A stretch of 64,000 nt of DNA from Octopus vulgaris (lineage: Eukaryota). The notes under the pieces were generated by a model that was not told the DNA's origin, ran no database searches, and worked only from the letters and a program-made list of their open reading frames with translations. Below, one piece after another: positions 38,935 to 52,447 of the stretch. The position numbers were made by a program, and so were the translations under genes. The number at the start of each line of letters is the position of its first letter. Positions within the stretch are counted from its first letter, which is position 1. The DNA is taken from NCBI GenBank assembly GCA_951406725.2, contig OX597817.1, forward strand, positions 134,354,001 through 134,418,000. The letters run 5' to 3'.

Positions 38935-39965
38935 AACAACAAACAAGATTAGGACAAACATCCGTCAAATGTAAATAATGTACATAATTCCTCATCTCTT
39001 AAATATAGAACTGTATTATCTCTTTCCATTTGTCGTATCCTTGATGTTTTATTGATGCAAGGACTAGTAAGGTTGTTTATGTCTGCTCACGACAGCACAG
39101 GCACACAAAACTGTTAGCGAAAGCCTCAAGGCCATGCTCGCTCGCGAGTGACGACTCTCGTATCGTTTTCCCCACTTTGCAATAATGGAGGAAACTGGAA
39201 GTTTGAATTTCGTATATCGCGGAATAAACGGAGAATAAGAAGAATGGTGAACTGTTTCTTCGAACAACATTTAAGATATTCAAAATTCCTGTTCCTTAGA
39301 AACTGTTCTAGACAAATTTGTTTGGTTATTGTTCTTTCAAAACTGGGCTCTTCTCTAAGGAAACCGACAATCGTTGCGACCATGCCCACGGGAAAACTAC
39401 CACAGATGAAACAATCCTTCCTTTATAGAAATACTGTAAACATTGAATATTTTCATATTTCTAAGATATTCTGAAATAAAGAAAAAAACCGACTATTGAC
39501 CTTATCTTTTGACAGATGACGATCACTTCCGCCCAACTTGCGCTTTAATATTCTAATTATATTCGCTCTTTTGATGTTGATATCGTTGCTATTGTCACTC
39601 TGACTACTTGCAGTTATTGTTGTTTTTCTTGTACTTCGTTTTCTTCTTCTTATTATTATTATTATCATTGCTGCTGCTGTTGTTGTTGTTGTTGAGTGCT
39701 TCTTTTTAAATTTGAGTGTTATTGCCGTTGTTGTTAATAAAGTTCTTATTTCAGTGACTTCTGCAAGATTTTTCCCGTTGTACTTGCAGCTATTGTCTCT
39801 CTTTCCTTTGTATTCCTACATTTCATATTCTTTATTGTTGCTGTTGTTGTTAACGGTATAATTTTTTATTATTGTTCCACCCTTCATGACATTCGTTAGA
39901 ATACTTTTCTCATATCACTTCTTTTCAATTTTCTTTCAAATAAGAACAACTACACAAACAACAAC

Positions 39966-40032
<67 letters not shown>

Positions 40033-40033
40033 C

Positions 40034-40807
40034 ATTCTACTATAGGCAAAAGGCCGGAATATTTTTGTGGAGAGAGAGGCTGTGAGCCGATTGTAGGGGT
40101 CACAATGTTCAACTGGTTTTATTTCATCAACTCCGAAGTGATGAAAGGCAAAGTCAACCACAGTGGAATTTGAACTCAGAACGTAAAAAGGACAATCCTT
40201 TCAACGATAGGCACAAGGTCTAATATTTTTTGGATGGGTTGTTAGATGATTACTTCGAACCCAGTGATAAATTACTATTTAAGTTCGTCAACCTCGACAG
40301 GATGAAAGGTAAGGTTTATCTCGGCGTAATTTGAACTCCGTTTAGAAATGGACGAAATACCTATTTCTTTACTACCCATAATGGGCTAAACACAGACAGG
40401 ACAAACAAGGACAGACACACGGATTAAGTCGATTATAACGACCCCAATGCGTAACTGTTACTTATTTAATCGACCCCGAAAGGATGAAAGGCAAAGTTGA
40501 ACTCAGAACGTAACGGCAGGCGAAATACGACTACGAATTTCACCCAGCGTACTACTGCTAGCTTGGTGCTTTAAAAACAACAATAATCATAATCTTTTCT
40601 ACTCTAGGCACAAGGCCCGAAATTTTGGGGGAGAGGGGCCAGTCGATTAGGTCGACCCCTGTATACAACTGGTACTTAATTTATCGAACCCGAAATGATG
40701 AAAGGCAAAGTCGACCTCGGCGGAATTTGAACTCAGAACGTAAAGACAAACGAATTACTGCTAGGTATTTCGCCCGGCATGCTAACGTTTCTGCCAGCTC
40801 ACCGCCT
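40034..40807 (-). mobile_element. Cluster of three SINE family B copies (one dimeric) in (TAA)n
   Basis: Copies at about 40034-40187, 40197-40568 and 40593-40807. Confidence 0.85.
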
Positions 40808-40889
40808 TATAATAATAGTAATAATAATAGCTCTGCTCTCATATCAGTTCAAATTTCCTTCACATATTTCTCGATGGTGTCATGTCAAT

Positions 40890-41130
40890 TTCAAAGAAAT
40901 CTGAATTGACATGAGAGCAGAGCAAGCCCCCCCCCAAAAAAAACTGCTCTATTGGGGACAGGTAGGATTTTGAGATTGGCACTTGGATGTGGAATGTCTC
41001 CCACGATAATTGACCACCAAATATCAAAGTTCATAACACGCGGAAAAAGACTGTGAGGCCTCCGACAGCAGGCTGCTGTCCGCTCTCACATAATCTTCTA
41101 GAGCAAACAAGACCGAACGTTCTGAGAAGT
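40890..41130 (+). mobile_element. R4/Dong LINE extreme 3' fragment
   Basis: Translates QKTALLGTGRILR, the typical RLE-element C-terminus, then a 3' UTR ending in TAA-like repeats. Confidence 0.65.
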
Positions 41131-41174
41131 AAATAATAACAAATAATAACAAATAACAATAATAACAAATATGA

Positions 41175-42250
41175 TATGGAAAACTACTATAAAATAAGAG
41201 TACAAAAATATCTAACTCAGAAGCAAGGAAACTGATACAAACAGCCACAAAACATGAACAAAACAAAAACTGTTTTCTGTCTTAAAGGAAGCCGAAAAAT
41301 GCGAAAAAAAAGTTATAGTACCTGATAAATATGAAGTAAAAAAAGAAAAAAACAACAGCTGTAAAGTAAGTGAACTTTAAACTAAAACTGGAATAAAATA
41401 TGATAAAACGATGGCAAGAAAAGCCCTTACATGGGAAATACTCGGATAAAATAAAGCGAAAAGAAATAAGCAAATAAAATGCCAAGAATGGTTGAGAAGC
41501 TCAAGACTCAAAACAGAGACTGAGATAATTTTAATTGCAGCAGCAGATCAAAGCCTCCCCACCAGAAACCATCAGAAACATATAATGAAGAAAAATACAA
41601 TAAGCATCCGCGGAATATAGGGTGACGGGGAAGAAACAATAAATCACTGGCTGCCCAATCCTGGCTAAGAAGGAATATATCCACAGACATAACAGAGTTG
41701 GGAAGCTATTCCAACATCATGGAATGACAACAGGAAAAACAAATTATAGGCATATGCAGAAAAGGCGTCAGAAAATGGCAAAGCATCCATACTCAGGGAT
41801 ATGCCAACAGAGAGAGAGAGAGAAATTAAGTCAATAGGACGCATATAGTTGTCAGAGATCACCAAGAAAAAATACCTTCTAATCGGTGTATTAATACCAA
41901 CAGGTGACAATGTATCTCTAAAAGAAACAGAGAAACTCTCAAAGTACAAAGATCTGGAAATAGAGATAACCGAAATTTAGGGCCTAAAAACAGTAACAAA
42001 TCCCCATAATAATATTAGGTGCATTGAATATGATTAAAAAAACATTCAAATACATAACCAAAACAGCAGGACATACGAATACATAACATACAGAAAATAA
42101 CACTACTAGGTATTGCACACATCCTACGTAAAAGACTTTCAATACAGTAAAAATAAGAACATCACAACAAAACACAGCACCACATACCCAAGGCACACAG
42201 AGCTGCGCTCGGTAGTGCAGAGAAAGTATGAGATAAAAATAAGACTACTG
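41175..42250 (+). mobile_element. R4/Dong LINE 3' portion (CCHC plus RLE endonuclease), decayed
   Basis: WQEKPLHGKY, DQSLPTRN, EETINH..GCPILAKKEYIHRHN, KETEKLSKYKDLEIEI and IQKITLLGIAHILRK; followed by (TAA)n. Confidence 0.88.
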
Positions 42251-42269
42251 AATAATAATAATAATAATG

Positions 42270-42792
42270 ATAAATTCTTTATTAATCATGGGGCCGACAT
42301 AAAAGGTACGAAGCAGTTAAACATAGAGGTGTTAGGACGAATACACAGACGCATACACAAACTAAATAAAGTAATAACAAAAATTTAGATTATGAGCATA
42401 TGTGGGAATGATAACCTCCAAGGGCTGCACCTGGAAATTCCATTCTGCCCACTTAGTCAATCAATCATTAATTCCCCTACAATCTAAAATCACATGCTTA
42501 GAATACGCCCGTTTACTAAGACCGTGCTCGTTATTCTCATGCACCATTCAACGAATTTGATGGGCGGCAACACTTCCCTCTCTACGAGCAAAGCCTGAAA
42601 TTGTTGAATGCACGGTGCCAAGTAGGCCACTTTTGGTAAGCAGAACTTTCCAAAGAGGAAACCAAATATCTACAGCCTTTTCAATTTCGTTTACCACGCA
42701 ACATCTTTCGCCATTTCCGCCAGACAGATAAATACTGCCTTGCCTTCCCGACCAAATTTTGGCGGCGGAGCGACCTTCACAATGGACCCAGC
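42270..42792 (-). mobile_element. Probable Tx1/L1 LINE 3' end
   Basis: Minus translation FICLAEMAKDVAW..VEREVL resembles a Tx1 ORF2 C-terminus; AATAAA followed by (TTA)n. Confidence 0.5.
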
Positions 42793-43689
42793 TAACACAC
42801 ACACACACACACACAGATATTAAACGTCTTTAAAACAGTAACAGTATTTTTGATCGCATTCACATCAACTATGCATAATAATTATGCAAATGATGTTTGC
42901 AAACAATTATACTACAACAAAGGACTCAGGTGGACATTTCTGCTTTTTGATTCCATGTACACCCACAAGAACATATTGGTAATAATAAGGTTGTATATTT
43001 GCATATTTATTCTTCAAACGTCTAGGCAATATATATTAGTCGCCGCAGATTTTCTCAATGGAAAAAAATATTTTATGACGATTGGGTTTTCAATACATTC
43101 GGCTCATGGAAGCAGTGGATTCTGAGACACCGGTGTTTTGACATGTGTCTTGTCAGCTACAAGTGCCCCGGACCATTGAGTTTAGCCAAGCAGCTTGGTT
43201 TTTGTCAAGACTTTCAACGAACAATGTTTAAGAAATGGAGGTTTTATACCTTATTGAGCAGGTATTATAGCTTTATTTGTCAGGACATTTTTTGCCGACA
43301 ATTCTCTTGAACGATAGTGTCGATTGAGTTACTTCCTCACTTCGTATTAGCGTCTTTAAACCAAAACAATTTTGATCGCGTGACCTGGCATATAATTTGA
43401 AATACAACCTTATAACGACTAATAAGTCTTCAAATTTTTCCAAGAAAAGGAAAGGAGATAAAATAAAAAGTGCAAGCATTCTCTGGCGCTAGAGAAATGC
43501 TTAAATGTAATTACATGAAATATTTCATTTAACTTCATTCTATTTCATTTCCTTTTCTGGGAAAACTTTGAAGACATTACTACTATACGCCTATATAATT
43601 AAAGGACAATTGCTTCGTTTCTTCTGACCAATCGTATCAATATACTATTCTGTACACCACCGAAAACATTATTTATCTATCCTGTTAAT

Positions 43690-45780
43690 TGGGCAGGCAG
43701 CCTGAGCTTGCCACTTACAAAAGTTGCTTGAGCACACTTATCAAGGCTAAAATCCATCCCGATGCCGTTGTTGAACTCTTTCACAATCGTTAACAGCCCA
43801 ACTCACTCTTCGTAATTTCTAGCAAATAAATTCAAATCGTCCATATAAAACAGGGGATATACTATAATATTATATTTCTTGAACTCATACCTGGTGTTAC
43901 TCAGTTCGTTTGAGAGTGGGATCAGTACAATGCAAAAGAGTAAAGAGGGGAGGGTGTCACTTTGAAAGATGCCTCGTTTGATATCGATGTTATCAGATTG
44001 GCTCATGCCATTACTATGGTTTAGAAGCAGACATGTATGCCAATTGGCTATGCTATCTTGTAAGAATTTGGAGGCGACAGGAGAGATCTTATTCATCTCT
44101 AGGGCCTTGACTAGTCGATTATGTGGGACACTATGAAACACTTACCTGTAGTCTAACCATGCCATACTCAGCTTCTTGTTGCTCCGCCAATTCTCTGCAA
44201 TCATTTTATCTATGAGTAATTGATCTTTGCATCCATAAGAATTCATTTTAAAATCGTTTTGTGTTTGTGGAAGGATAGAATTCCGTTCATAGGAAGTGTA
44301 TATTCTTTTAGTTAGTTTCGATGTGAGGATCTTGTGGGTGGTGTTGAGACATGTTATTGGTCAGTAGTTCTTTCGATTTTTCGTGTCTTCAGATTTTGGT
44401 AGCAGGCATGTTGTACCTTCGGTCAGCCAGGCTGATATTTGCTCTGAGTTCTGGAGTTACGTCATCAGTTACGGATGCAGCAAAATTCTTGTGTAATTCT
44501 GTCAAACAATTCATCCAGAAGTTAAGGATCCAGTCCAGTCCTGGGATTCTTCATTTATGAGACTTTATAAGGAGACACCTTAGCTCTTCTACCCCTCTTG
44601 CCTCCCGTTTCCGCTCTTTGACTTCATTCAGTCTCACTTTCTCACATTCTACCCAGTGAGCTTCAGCATTATATTCTTTTTTGTTGCTTTTTCCATCTGT
44701 CTTGAATACGTTTTTTTGTCGATAAAATTTGATTATTTGTCATACCTTCTGAGCCGCTGGTCTTTCAGTTGTATTCGTCATTTCACTAATTTCTTGGTTG
44801 CCGGGAGGTTTATAAAATTTTTGATTTATATTTTTGATTGATTTTTCTAACTTGTTTCGTCTTAACATTTACTCCTGTTGCAAGTTCATCGAGAACTGAT
44901 ACATCCACCCGCAAAAATTCTCTGTCTTTTTGTATTACTACATTCCAATTAGCAGACCTATTGACATGGTTGGTTCTTTTCCGTATCGTTGTCACGACGC
45001 CTAGTTGGGCAGTTACAACTTCAGCAGTGGAATAGATGAGGTTCTTTAAGGTTGTTAGGTCATTTGCCTTATTACTTAAGATCTGTCTAAGACCAATATT
45101 ATATACCATGATTATGTTATTTTTTGGTGCTGTTTGAGAGCTTTGGTAGCGGTTCTCTATTGATCATATCAGTAAATTCTGTTTTGCTGAGTTCTCTCAT
45201 AATATCTTTTTTTGCTACTGTGATCTTCTCTTTATTATTCTGTGTCATATCTATTCTGGTGTTCTTGAGGTAGGTCTACTTTCTCCTCTTTTTCCGCATA
45301 TTTGTTCTTTGCTATTCTTTCTTCAGCTTCCTCGTTGGGGTGTAGTGCTCGTAAACTGTTGAGTTCTGTGCATCTGTTACCTATTTCATCTGCATTGCTG
45401 CTGTTTTCATTTGGCCTAGCATGAAATATGTGTGTCCTAATTTGGTTAATTTCAGCGTCAGTTAACCTTTTATTCTTAGTGATGTCTCTACCTACATTAC
45501 TTAATTTATCTGCATCTATATATCTGCGTACTTCGTTGCCCATGATGTGTATGTTTCTACAATGAGGTTATTGGTTGGGTTTAGTTGGGCTGTGTAGAAA
45601 GCTTTCAACACATCTCTGTAATCCTCTCTAGTCCATTTTATGCGTTTTGCTTTAAGAGGTGTATATGATGGTGTCACTACTGCTCTACGGTGGTAAGGGT
45701 TACCCTGATTCTGGCTACCTGGTAGTTCGTTTTGGGGGAGTTCCAGCAGCAAACTTTTCGACCGAAGTCTGGTAACACGG
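43690..45780 (-). mobile_element. R4/Dong LINE 5' portion (N-terminal domain plus reverse transcriptase), decayed
   Basis: RIKWTREDY N-terminal motif; DQLLIDK, AWLDY, SVPH, KRGIFQSD and LFYMDDL RT motifs; 5' end abuts (TAA)n. Confidence 0.9.
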
Positions 45781-45824
<44 letters not shown>

Positions 45825-45826
45825 TA

Positions 45827-45970
45827 TCGTCCGTCATTACGTTCTGAGTCGACTTTACCTTTTTATCCTTTCGGGGTCGATGAAATAAGTACCAGTTGAG
45901 CACTGGGGTCGATCTAATTGGTTAGTCCCCCTCCCCCAAGAATTTCAGACCTTGTGCCTATAATAGAAAA
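45827..45970 (+). mobile_element. SINE family B fragment in (TTA)n
   Basis: CCTTTCGGGGTCGAT...GCACTGGGGTCGAT core. Confidence 0.8.
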
Positions 45971-45979
45971 TATTATTAT

Positions 45980-46360
45980 TATTTGCCATCTCAATATGGC
46001 TAACCACTAAGGGTGGATGTTACTGTAGCTTGTAGCTCCAGGAGAACATCCTCTCCATCTGGCTATTGACAGCCCTATCGGTATCTGCAAAGGGAGGTCA
46101 TCCTTCCTTTGTCAACCTAAGTGACACGCACGGACTGCAGTTTCTGGGTATTAACCCGTCATCAACGCACGACAATCACCGGCTTTCGATGGAAGGGTCC
46201 CAATGCAAATATTTATATCCTTTTTCCAGTGACTTTTCGTCTCGTGTTCTCCTGAGGCTACAAGCTACAGTAACATCCACCCTTAGTGGTTATCCATATT
46301 GAGATGGCAAATATACTTCACATTGTCGTGCAGTTACTGTCTATACCTCGTTCAGAGATT
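45980..46360. mobile_element. Fold-back element with hammerhead in the loop
   Basis: 69-bp arms 45980-46048 and 46245-46313 (3 mismatches), right extension 46314-46360, (TTA)n on both sides. Confidence 0.85.
46127..46171 (-). ncRNA. Type I hammerhead ribozyme (C3U variant or decay)
   Basis: CGTGCG-TTGATGA-CGGGT(TAAT)ACCCA-GAAA-CTGCAG-TC-CGTGCG; palindromic stem III ACTGCAGT, GUC triplet. Confidence 0.72.
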
Positions 46361-48873
46361 TATTATTATTATTATTCGGCTCAGGCATAGTAATACTAAT
46401 AACCTGGTGTTAGAATACAATATACCGTATTTTAACGTGTATAAGGAACCCTTTTTACGCCATAATTAAGTTAAAAAATATGGATAGTATTATAATCCCA
46501 TAGAAAACCTTTTTTTTCCAAATTTTAAGCCTTCAGAATTTGGGCGTTCCTTATGCACGAGGGTTCCTGATACACGTTGAAATATGGTACTTATGCTTCA
46601 GAATCATATTCTGAGTACATATCATCTTATAGCAGAAACAGTTGTAAGCCAATGAAATTAAAGACAAAGTTTCTTATTCCCTCGTAATTTATTTGCGTTG
46701 TTTTATGTGTGTGTGTGGGGGGGGGGGGGGTAAGGAATTATCAACTCGGGGAAAACACTTCTCAAACTCTCTGCTAAAACAAATTCACCAGAGGCAAGAT
46801 CCGAAGTTGAAGTCCATCACCAAGCGGCTTCGTAAAACCATGCTTGCATTCTCAATTATTATGGTATTTTTCACAGAGTAACATAAGAAATGGAATCAAT
46901 AATGAACTTTATTTGTGCATCGTAGCCTTACATCTGTTTCTGATATTATTTTCAGGTGCGTTCAAAGTTGCTTTTAGTGAATCGGCAACCTGAGCGATTG
47001 AGAAGATTCAACGATGTTAACAAATACAATCGCCTTCAAAGCCCGCGCAGTAGATTTGTGGAATCTGAATATACAGAAGTAACATCGGATCTATGGAGCA
47101 TATGAGAAACAGTTGTAAGTCTACGATGCACAAATAATTAGATTTGTAAAGCCAATAATTTATGCCTTTTCTTGTGAATATATACATATATGCATCACGT
47201 TTCTTGATCTGGCCTTTTGAATTAAATCTCTGTGATTTCAACAAGATGTTAAAACATTTTTGTTGTCTTTATTTAAGAGAGATCTTGAGATGCATTTTCA
47301 TGTGGAAATGTTTATTGGATCAACGAAGCATCATGTTGAAATCTCTAAAGAGGTTGTCATTTCTAAAATGTGACTTTGTAAATCAGGCATTTATAAAAGA
47401 TGGTTTATTGATTTTCTTCATCAAATAAAACCTGTTTGAATATACATGATAAGGATTTCAATTTTGGGTAAACTGTCAAGAGGATATGGATTCTTTTGTG
47501 GAATGTCTCCTTCTTAAATAATAAATTGTTATCTTGCTTTGTTCCCTTTTTATTGACATCCCCCCCCGCCGCTTTTGTTCTGTGCTTTAGCTAACACTTC
47601 AAATATAAGAACATGACTTACCATATCGTCAACAAGTGCCAGCATTGTTGTGTGAGAAAGTAATTCGCTTTCTAACTGCGTGATTCTCGGTCCGATACCA
47701 CTCAACGTCATCTGAAGAAACTATTTTCCATCATTGAATTGAAGGGGACCAAAGCCTTCCGAGTTAGATTTAGCAGATGAAAACTCTAGGGAAAACCTTC
47801 GAAGAAAGGAGCGTTTCTATTCTAGGTTGGGAAAATATCATCTATCACCCGGTTTACCACCATCATCCGGTCGTTGGGTAACATACACCATTTGCCACCC
47901 TACCGAACACTACCGTCTCTTAAGATCTTGGTTACATTAGCGAAATTTATTCTATTGCAACCATTTGAGGTTGATCATCAGTCTGAGGAGAATTTCCTCC
48001 TAACCTTCCGCTAGTGTTCGAGATCATGAAAACCCTCAGTGGCACCAGCAATTCCTCCAGAAATCCACAAACGAAGTGGATGATTGCCATTCTTATTTGT
48101 TACACTATTTTCACACTCTTCAGCATTTTCATCTCTGAAGATAATATTGAGGCAGCGAAGCGGAATTTTACTCTTTCCTTTCGGTTCAGATACGCTTCTT
48201 TTCGGTTAGGATATCCCACTAAGCTAAGGTCTCCTGCCGAGGACGAATGTTAACCTGTATGAAACCGTATGAAGTGTAATATTTGTTTTTGCCAATGTTT
48301 CAAACCTTTTTATTGATGTAATATTGAAAATATTGAGCGTAGGGTTAGCAGGGGCCAAAGTGAAATATGAAGGAAATCAACTGATGTTCTTAACAATCAT
48401 CTGTTTTGCTGTCACTCCTAGCAATATATAATCTTATGTAAATAATACGACTGTTCACTCCTCATCTTTTCTGTAGCATTATCATCATCGTCATCACTAT
48501 AATTAATATTATTCTTCTATATCAATAGGCCGATTGTTATCCTCATGCATTATAAACACAAGCTCCGCTCAACTCAATAGAAATCCCGTCAACATTCTTA
48601 AGAGTCATGGCGACCTTTTCTTGTTTCGCAAACACAAAGACACCTTTCGTCCCACACATTCTCTAATCATCAAAAACTCACAATTAAGACCTTCACTGTC
48701 TTCACAAACATTAGACATCATATTTGCCACAATCACTCGTGGTCACTTTACTCATAGGGGGAGGAGAATCATACAATCGAACCAAACGATACATGTCCAC
48801 ATTACTTTATTTTGCGTTGTGTGAGTGTGTGCCTGGTATGTGTGTTAGTCCAACTACTATTAAAATGCAAGTA

Positions 48874-50112
48874 TCAGGTCATCCCATAAGTTCTGTCCGA
48901 TTTTACCTTTTTTTAAAACTGAATGAAATCTAATAGTATTTTACAATGTCTAATGGAATTTTAAATTATTTTTATGCATTTGTGTACATTTAAACTAATT
49001 AAATATTATTTTACAGAATAATAGAATTAAAATTTCTTTGATTAAAACCCTTTCTAACATGGAAGTATCCAAATAGCATTTGAGGCACATAATGCTTTAT
49101 GAATACAAAAAAAGAAACTCTGCAGCCGAAGCGACACGAAACATACACTCAGTTTATGGGAATGAATGCTTGAATGAAAGAACTTGCAGAAGATGGTTTG
49201 CAAAATTCAGAAGTGGAGATTTCAGCTTTGAAGATGAAGATCGAACAGGACGTCCAGTTGAGTTTGATGATAAGCTCCTTGAGGTATTACTTGAAGAAAA
49301 TCCTGCATTATCAGTTGAAGAATTGGCAATAAAGCTTAGTTCAAACCATACAACTGTTCATCGTCATCTTCAACAACTTGGAAAATGGGTGCCTCATGAA
49401 TTCTCCGAAAGCAACAACAAATCCCGAGTTGACATCTCCATTCTCGTGAACTCATTTCACCCTTTTTGGATAGACTTGTGACTGGTGAGGAAAAATAGAT
49501 CTTCTCTCGAAATGTTAAACGTCGTAAACAGTGGCTTGGTAAAAGGGGAAAAAGCTCAACCACAACCGAGAAGGGAACTTCATGAGGAAAATGTTCCCCT
49601 CTCTCTGGTGGGATTGTAAAGGAGTAATTCACTTTGAATTGTTACCACCTCATGCAACAATCAATGCTCAAGTCTACTGTCAGCAATTGGAGCGTTTGAA
49701 CCAAGCTTTGAAGTAAAAAAGACCCGCTTTAGTGAATCGAAAAGGAGTGATGTTTCATCAGGACAATGCGTGACCCCACACTGCAAAGATTACGTTACAG
49801 AAGATCGAAGAGCTTGGTTGGTAAAACATTCCTCATCTACCTTATTCTACCGACCTTGCTCCTTCAGACTACCATTTGTTTGGGGGACATAACTTTCGCA
49901 AGCAGGAAGAGGTCGAAACTGACATTTCAGAGGTCTTCACTTTGAAACCAAAAGAGTTTTATACTGATGGGATTAAAAAGCTTGCAAATAGATGGAAGGA
50001 AGTCATAGATAATCAGACAAAGTACATTGAGGATTAAATGTCAATTAAATATATCATTTGATTACTTGTTTTCTTTATTCAGAATTTGGACAGAAATTAT
50101 GGTATGACCTAA
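48874..50112 (+). mobile_element. Mariner DNA transposon, near full length (1239 bp), inactive
   Basis: TIRs TYAGGTCATMCCATAAKTTCTGTCC, TA duplication at 48872-48873 and 50113-50114. Confidence 0.95.
49059..50037 (+). pseudogene. Mariner DD34D transposase pseudogene
   Basis: HTH (CRRWFAKFRSGDF, TGRP), WVPHE, TGEEK, QDNA*PH and YSTDLAPSDYHLF motifs with multiple stops. Confidence 0.92.
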
Positions 50113-50286
50113 TAGTTCGTCCTTAAAAATTTACCGATAGAATATCAGATTTGAACAAATAAGTACGGGGTTCGATATCTTTATCTAACCCCTCCAAGGT
50201 GGCAGTGTCCCAACATGGCTGCAACCCAGTGACTGGAACAGGTAAACTAAAGATAATTTGTACTTGAATACGAAAAGTTAAAAAAA

Positions 50287-50573
50287 GGCGCGTGGCTTAA
50301 TGGTAATGGTAATTGGCCCACGATCGTTAGGTCGTGAGCTTGGCTCCCGGTGGTACATTCTGCTCTTCACTCTGCTGGCAAAAATAAGTTTTACCTGTAA
50401 TACAAAGGCTCAACCTTGATACATTCCGTGTCACGTTGAATTTACCCGAGAACTACGCTAAGGGTACCTGTGTCTGTGGAGTGCTCAGCCACTTGCACAT
50501 TAATTTCACGAGCAGGCTATTTTGTTGATCGGATCATCCGGTACCCTCGTCGTCGTAACCGACGGAATGCCAC
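50287..50573 (+). mobile_element. SINE family D
   Basis: Homologous to 29838-30086. Confidence 0.75.
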
Positions 50574-51588
50574 TTAGAGTAAAAATACAACAGAAAAGGA
50601 TCTATTCTGTTTGTATCGGTAGAGGAACGTTGTGTATTTATAGGATTATTTCAAGGACTTTATTGGTACAATTATGCGTTTCGTAACCATTCACATCTCC
50701 ACAGTAACTGACGTCTGAGCAGTTTTCAGTTTGAAAGTTGATTCCTTGTTAGTCGTTATATGATTAGATCTCACGCTATGTGTCAGGTCACGTGAAGAAA
50801 ATCTTTGCAAAATGACTGCCAGATACTCTTCTACTTTAAAGACGCTAATACGATGTAAAGATGCAATTCAATCGAGGCTATCGTTCCTACGAATCGTAGG
50901 CTGGAAAATGTCCTGAGAAAAATGTTTTATGACGGAGATTGGAAATAATTTCGTTTCTAAAAGTTTAAACGTTCTTTCTATTGATTTTTTCCATCTAAAA
51001 ATTATTACTTCAATGACATTTTGTCTTCTTTTTTTTTCATGATGCATCAAAAAGCTCCGTTTAATTTTCATATTTTTTTCATGTTATTCTAACCAAACTA
51101 TTTGTTTCTCGTGTAACCGATCACAACATCTCATATTTCAGGTGCGGTTATTAACCTCTTGCAGCTGCCTCACCTCCCTTAGTAAGCCGCACGATAGACC
51201 ACTGATGTAGGCACTAAAGAGCACTATCACCCCCAACACATCTCCACCCCGAACAGTCGTGCAAAACAACTTCAAAACCGCTTACATCTGCTTGTAACGA
51301 AATATTATGCGTCCGACCCGAACCGCCGACGAACACCGAATTGCTTGATCTGTTGCCAAACTACGGGTCCACCACTTATTCGGTCTAACAGCTTTTGTTG
51401 TTTTCCATTCAAGCACACAATCCTTCGCACTATCAATGCAGGCTTCACGTTTCACGTTCAAGAAATAGTCAAAGACCATTTTGGCCGCTAAGCACGTCAG
51501 TTGCTATGACTTTCCTAATCGCTTCGTCAAACTCCTGAACTAATTCACCTCATACTCTATTTCTCCCAATCGCTATTTTTATAATAAT

Positions 51589-51757
51589 GGTTTCAAGTTT
51601 TGGCACAAGGCCATCAATTTTAGGGAAGGGCTACGTCGATTACATCTACCCCCAATTTTTATCCGGTGCTTATTTTATCAACTCGGAAAGGATGAAAGAT
51701 AACGTCGACATCACAGGCACTTGAACAGCGTCTTACCAGTTCTGTCAACTCGCCGGC
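51589..51757 (-). mobile_element. SINE family B, diverged
   Basis: GGCACAAGGCC...GAAAGGATGAAAG...GTCGAC. Confidence 0.7.
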
Positions 51758-51854
51758 TAAACTCGCTCTTTCTACTCATAATGCTCATAGGGTTGATGAG
51801 AAAAGGAGAAACACGATGACTGCGTTATTACAACCAAGATGGATTTTCTTTTAT

Positions 51855-52147
51855 TCTTTTACTTGTTTTAGTCATTTGACTGCGGCCATGATGGAGCACC
51901 GCCTTTAGTCGAACAAATCGACTCCGGGAATTTATCTTTTTTTGTAAGCCTAGTACTTATTCTGTCGATTTCTTTTCCCGAATCGCAAGATTACAGACCT
52001 GTAAGCACACCAGCATCGATTGTCAGGCGATGGAGGTGGGTGACAGACACACAAACATATATATATATCAGGTGCCACGCAGTGGGACTGAACCGGGAAC
52101 CATATAGTTGGGAAGCAAGCTTCTTGTCATACAGCCACTACTGTGCC
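51855..52147 (-). mobile_element. SINE family A, internally deleted
   Basis: Tail and head both match 3068-3476. Confidence 0.85.
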
Positions 52148-52447
52148 TATGTAGGGTTATGTAGGGAAACAGAAACGAACGAAAGAATTTCGATGGATCC
52201 ATTTACCGAACAAAGAAAGGCGCACAATATTCGGTTCCAAGCAGATGAATGCGGCTTTACCGTTGCGTTTTGCTTCACAATTCGAGGCAGAGAGTGAGTC
52301 AGTGAGGGTTGTGGACAGGGGTGTTGACGTCAATGTGCCGCAGCGGTTCTCAACGACAGGTGCGAGAAGCTGCTAAAAACCCAATAATAGCAGCCGAGTT
52401 ATGAGGGGTTCTGAGGAGATGCACGAGAGGCAAATGATGATGATAAA

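Noticed and set aside
41175-45780. Two Dong fragments as one inverted element
   Set aside because: A sizeable coding gap separates them and nothing shows they are the same subfamily.
51118-51135. CGATCACAACATCTCATA matches the reconstructed CR1 junction
   Set aside because: The flanks show no CR1 similarity; it is a post hoc short match treated as chance.
51140-51540. GC-richer segment as a host exon
   Set aside because: No recognisable protein and multiple stops; at most an old LINE remnant.
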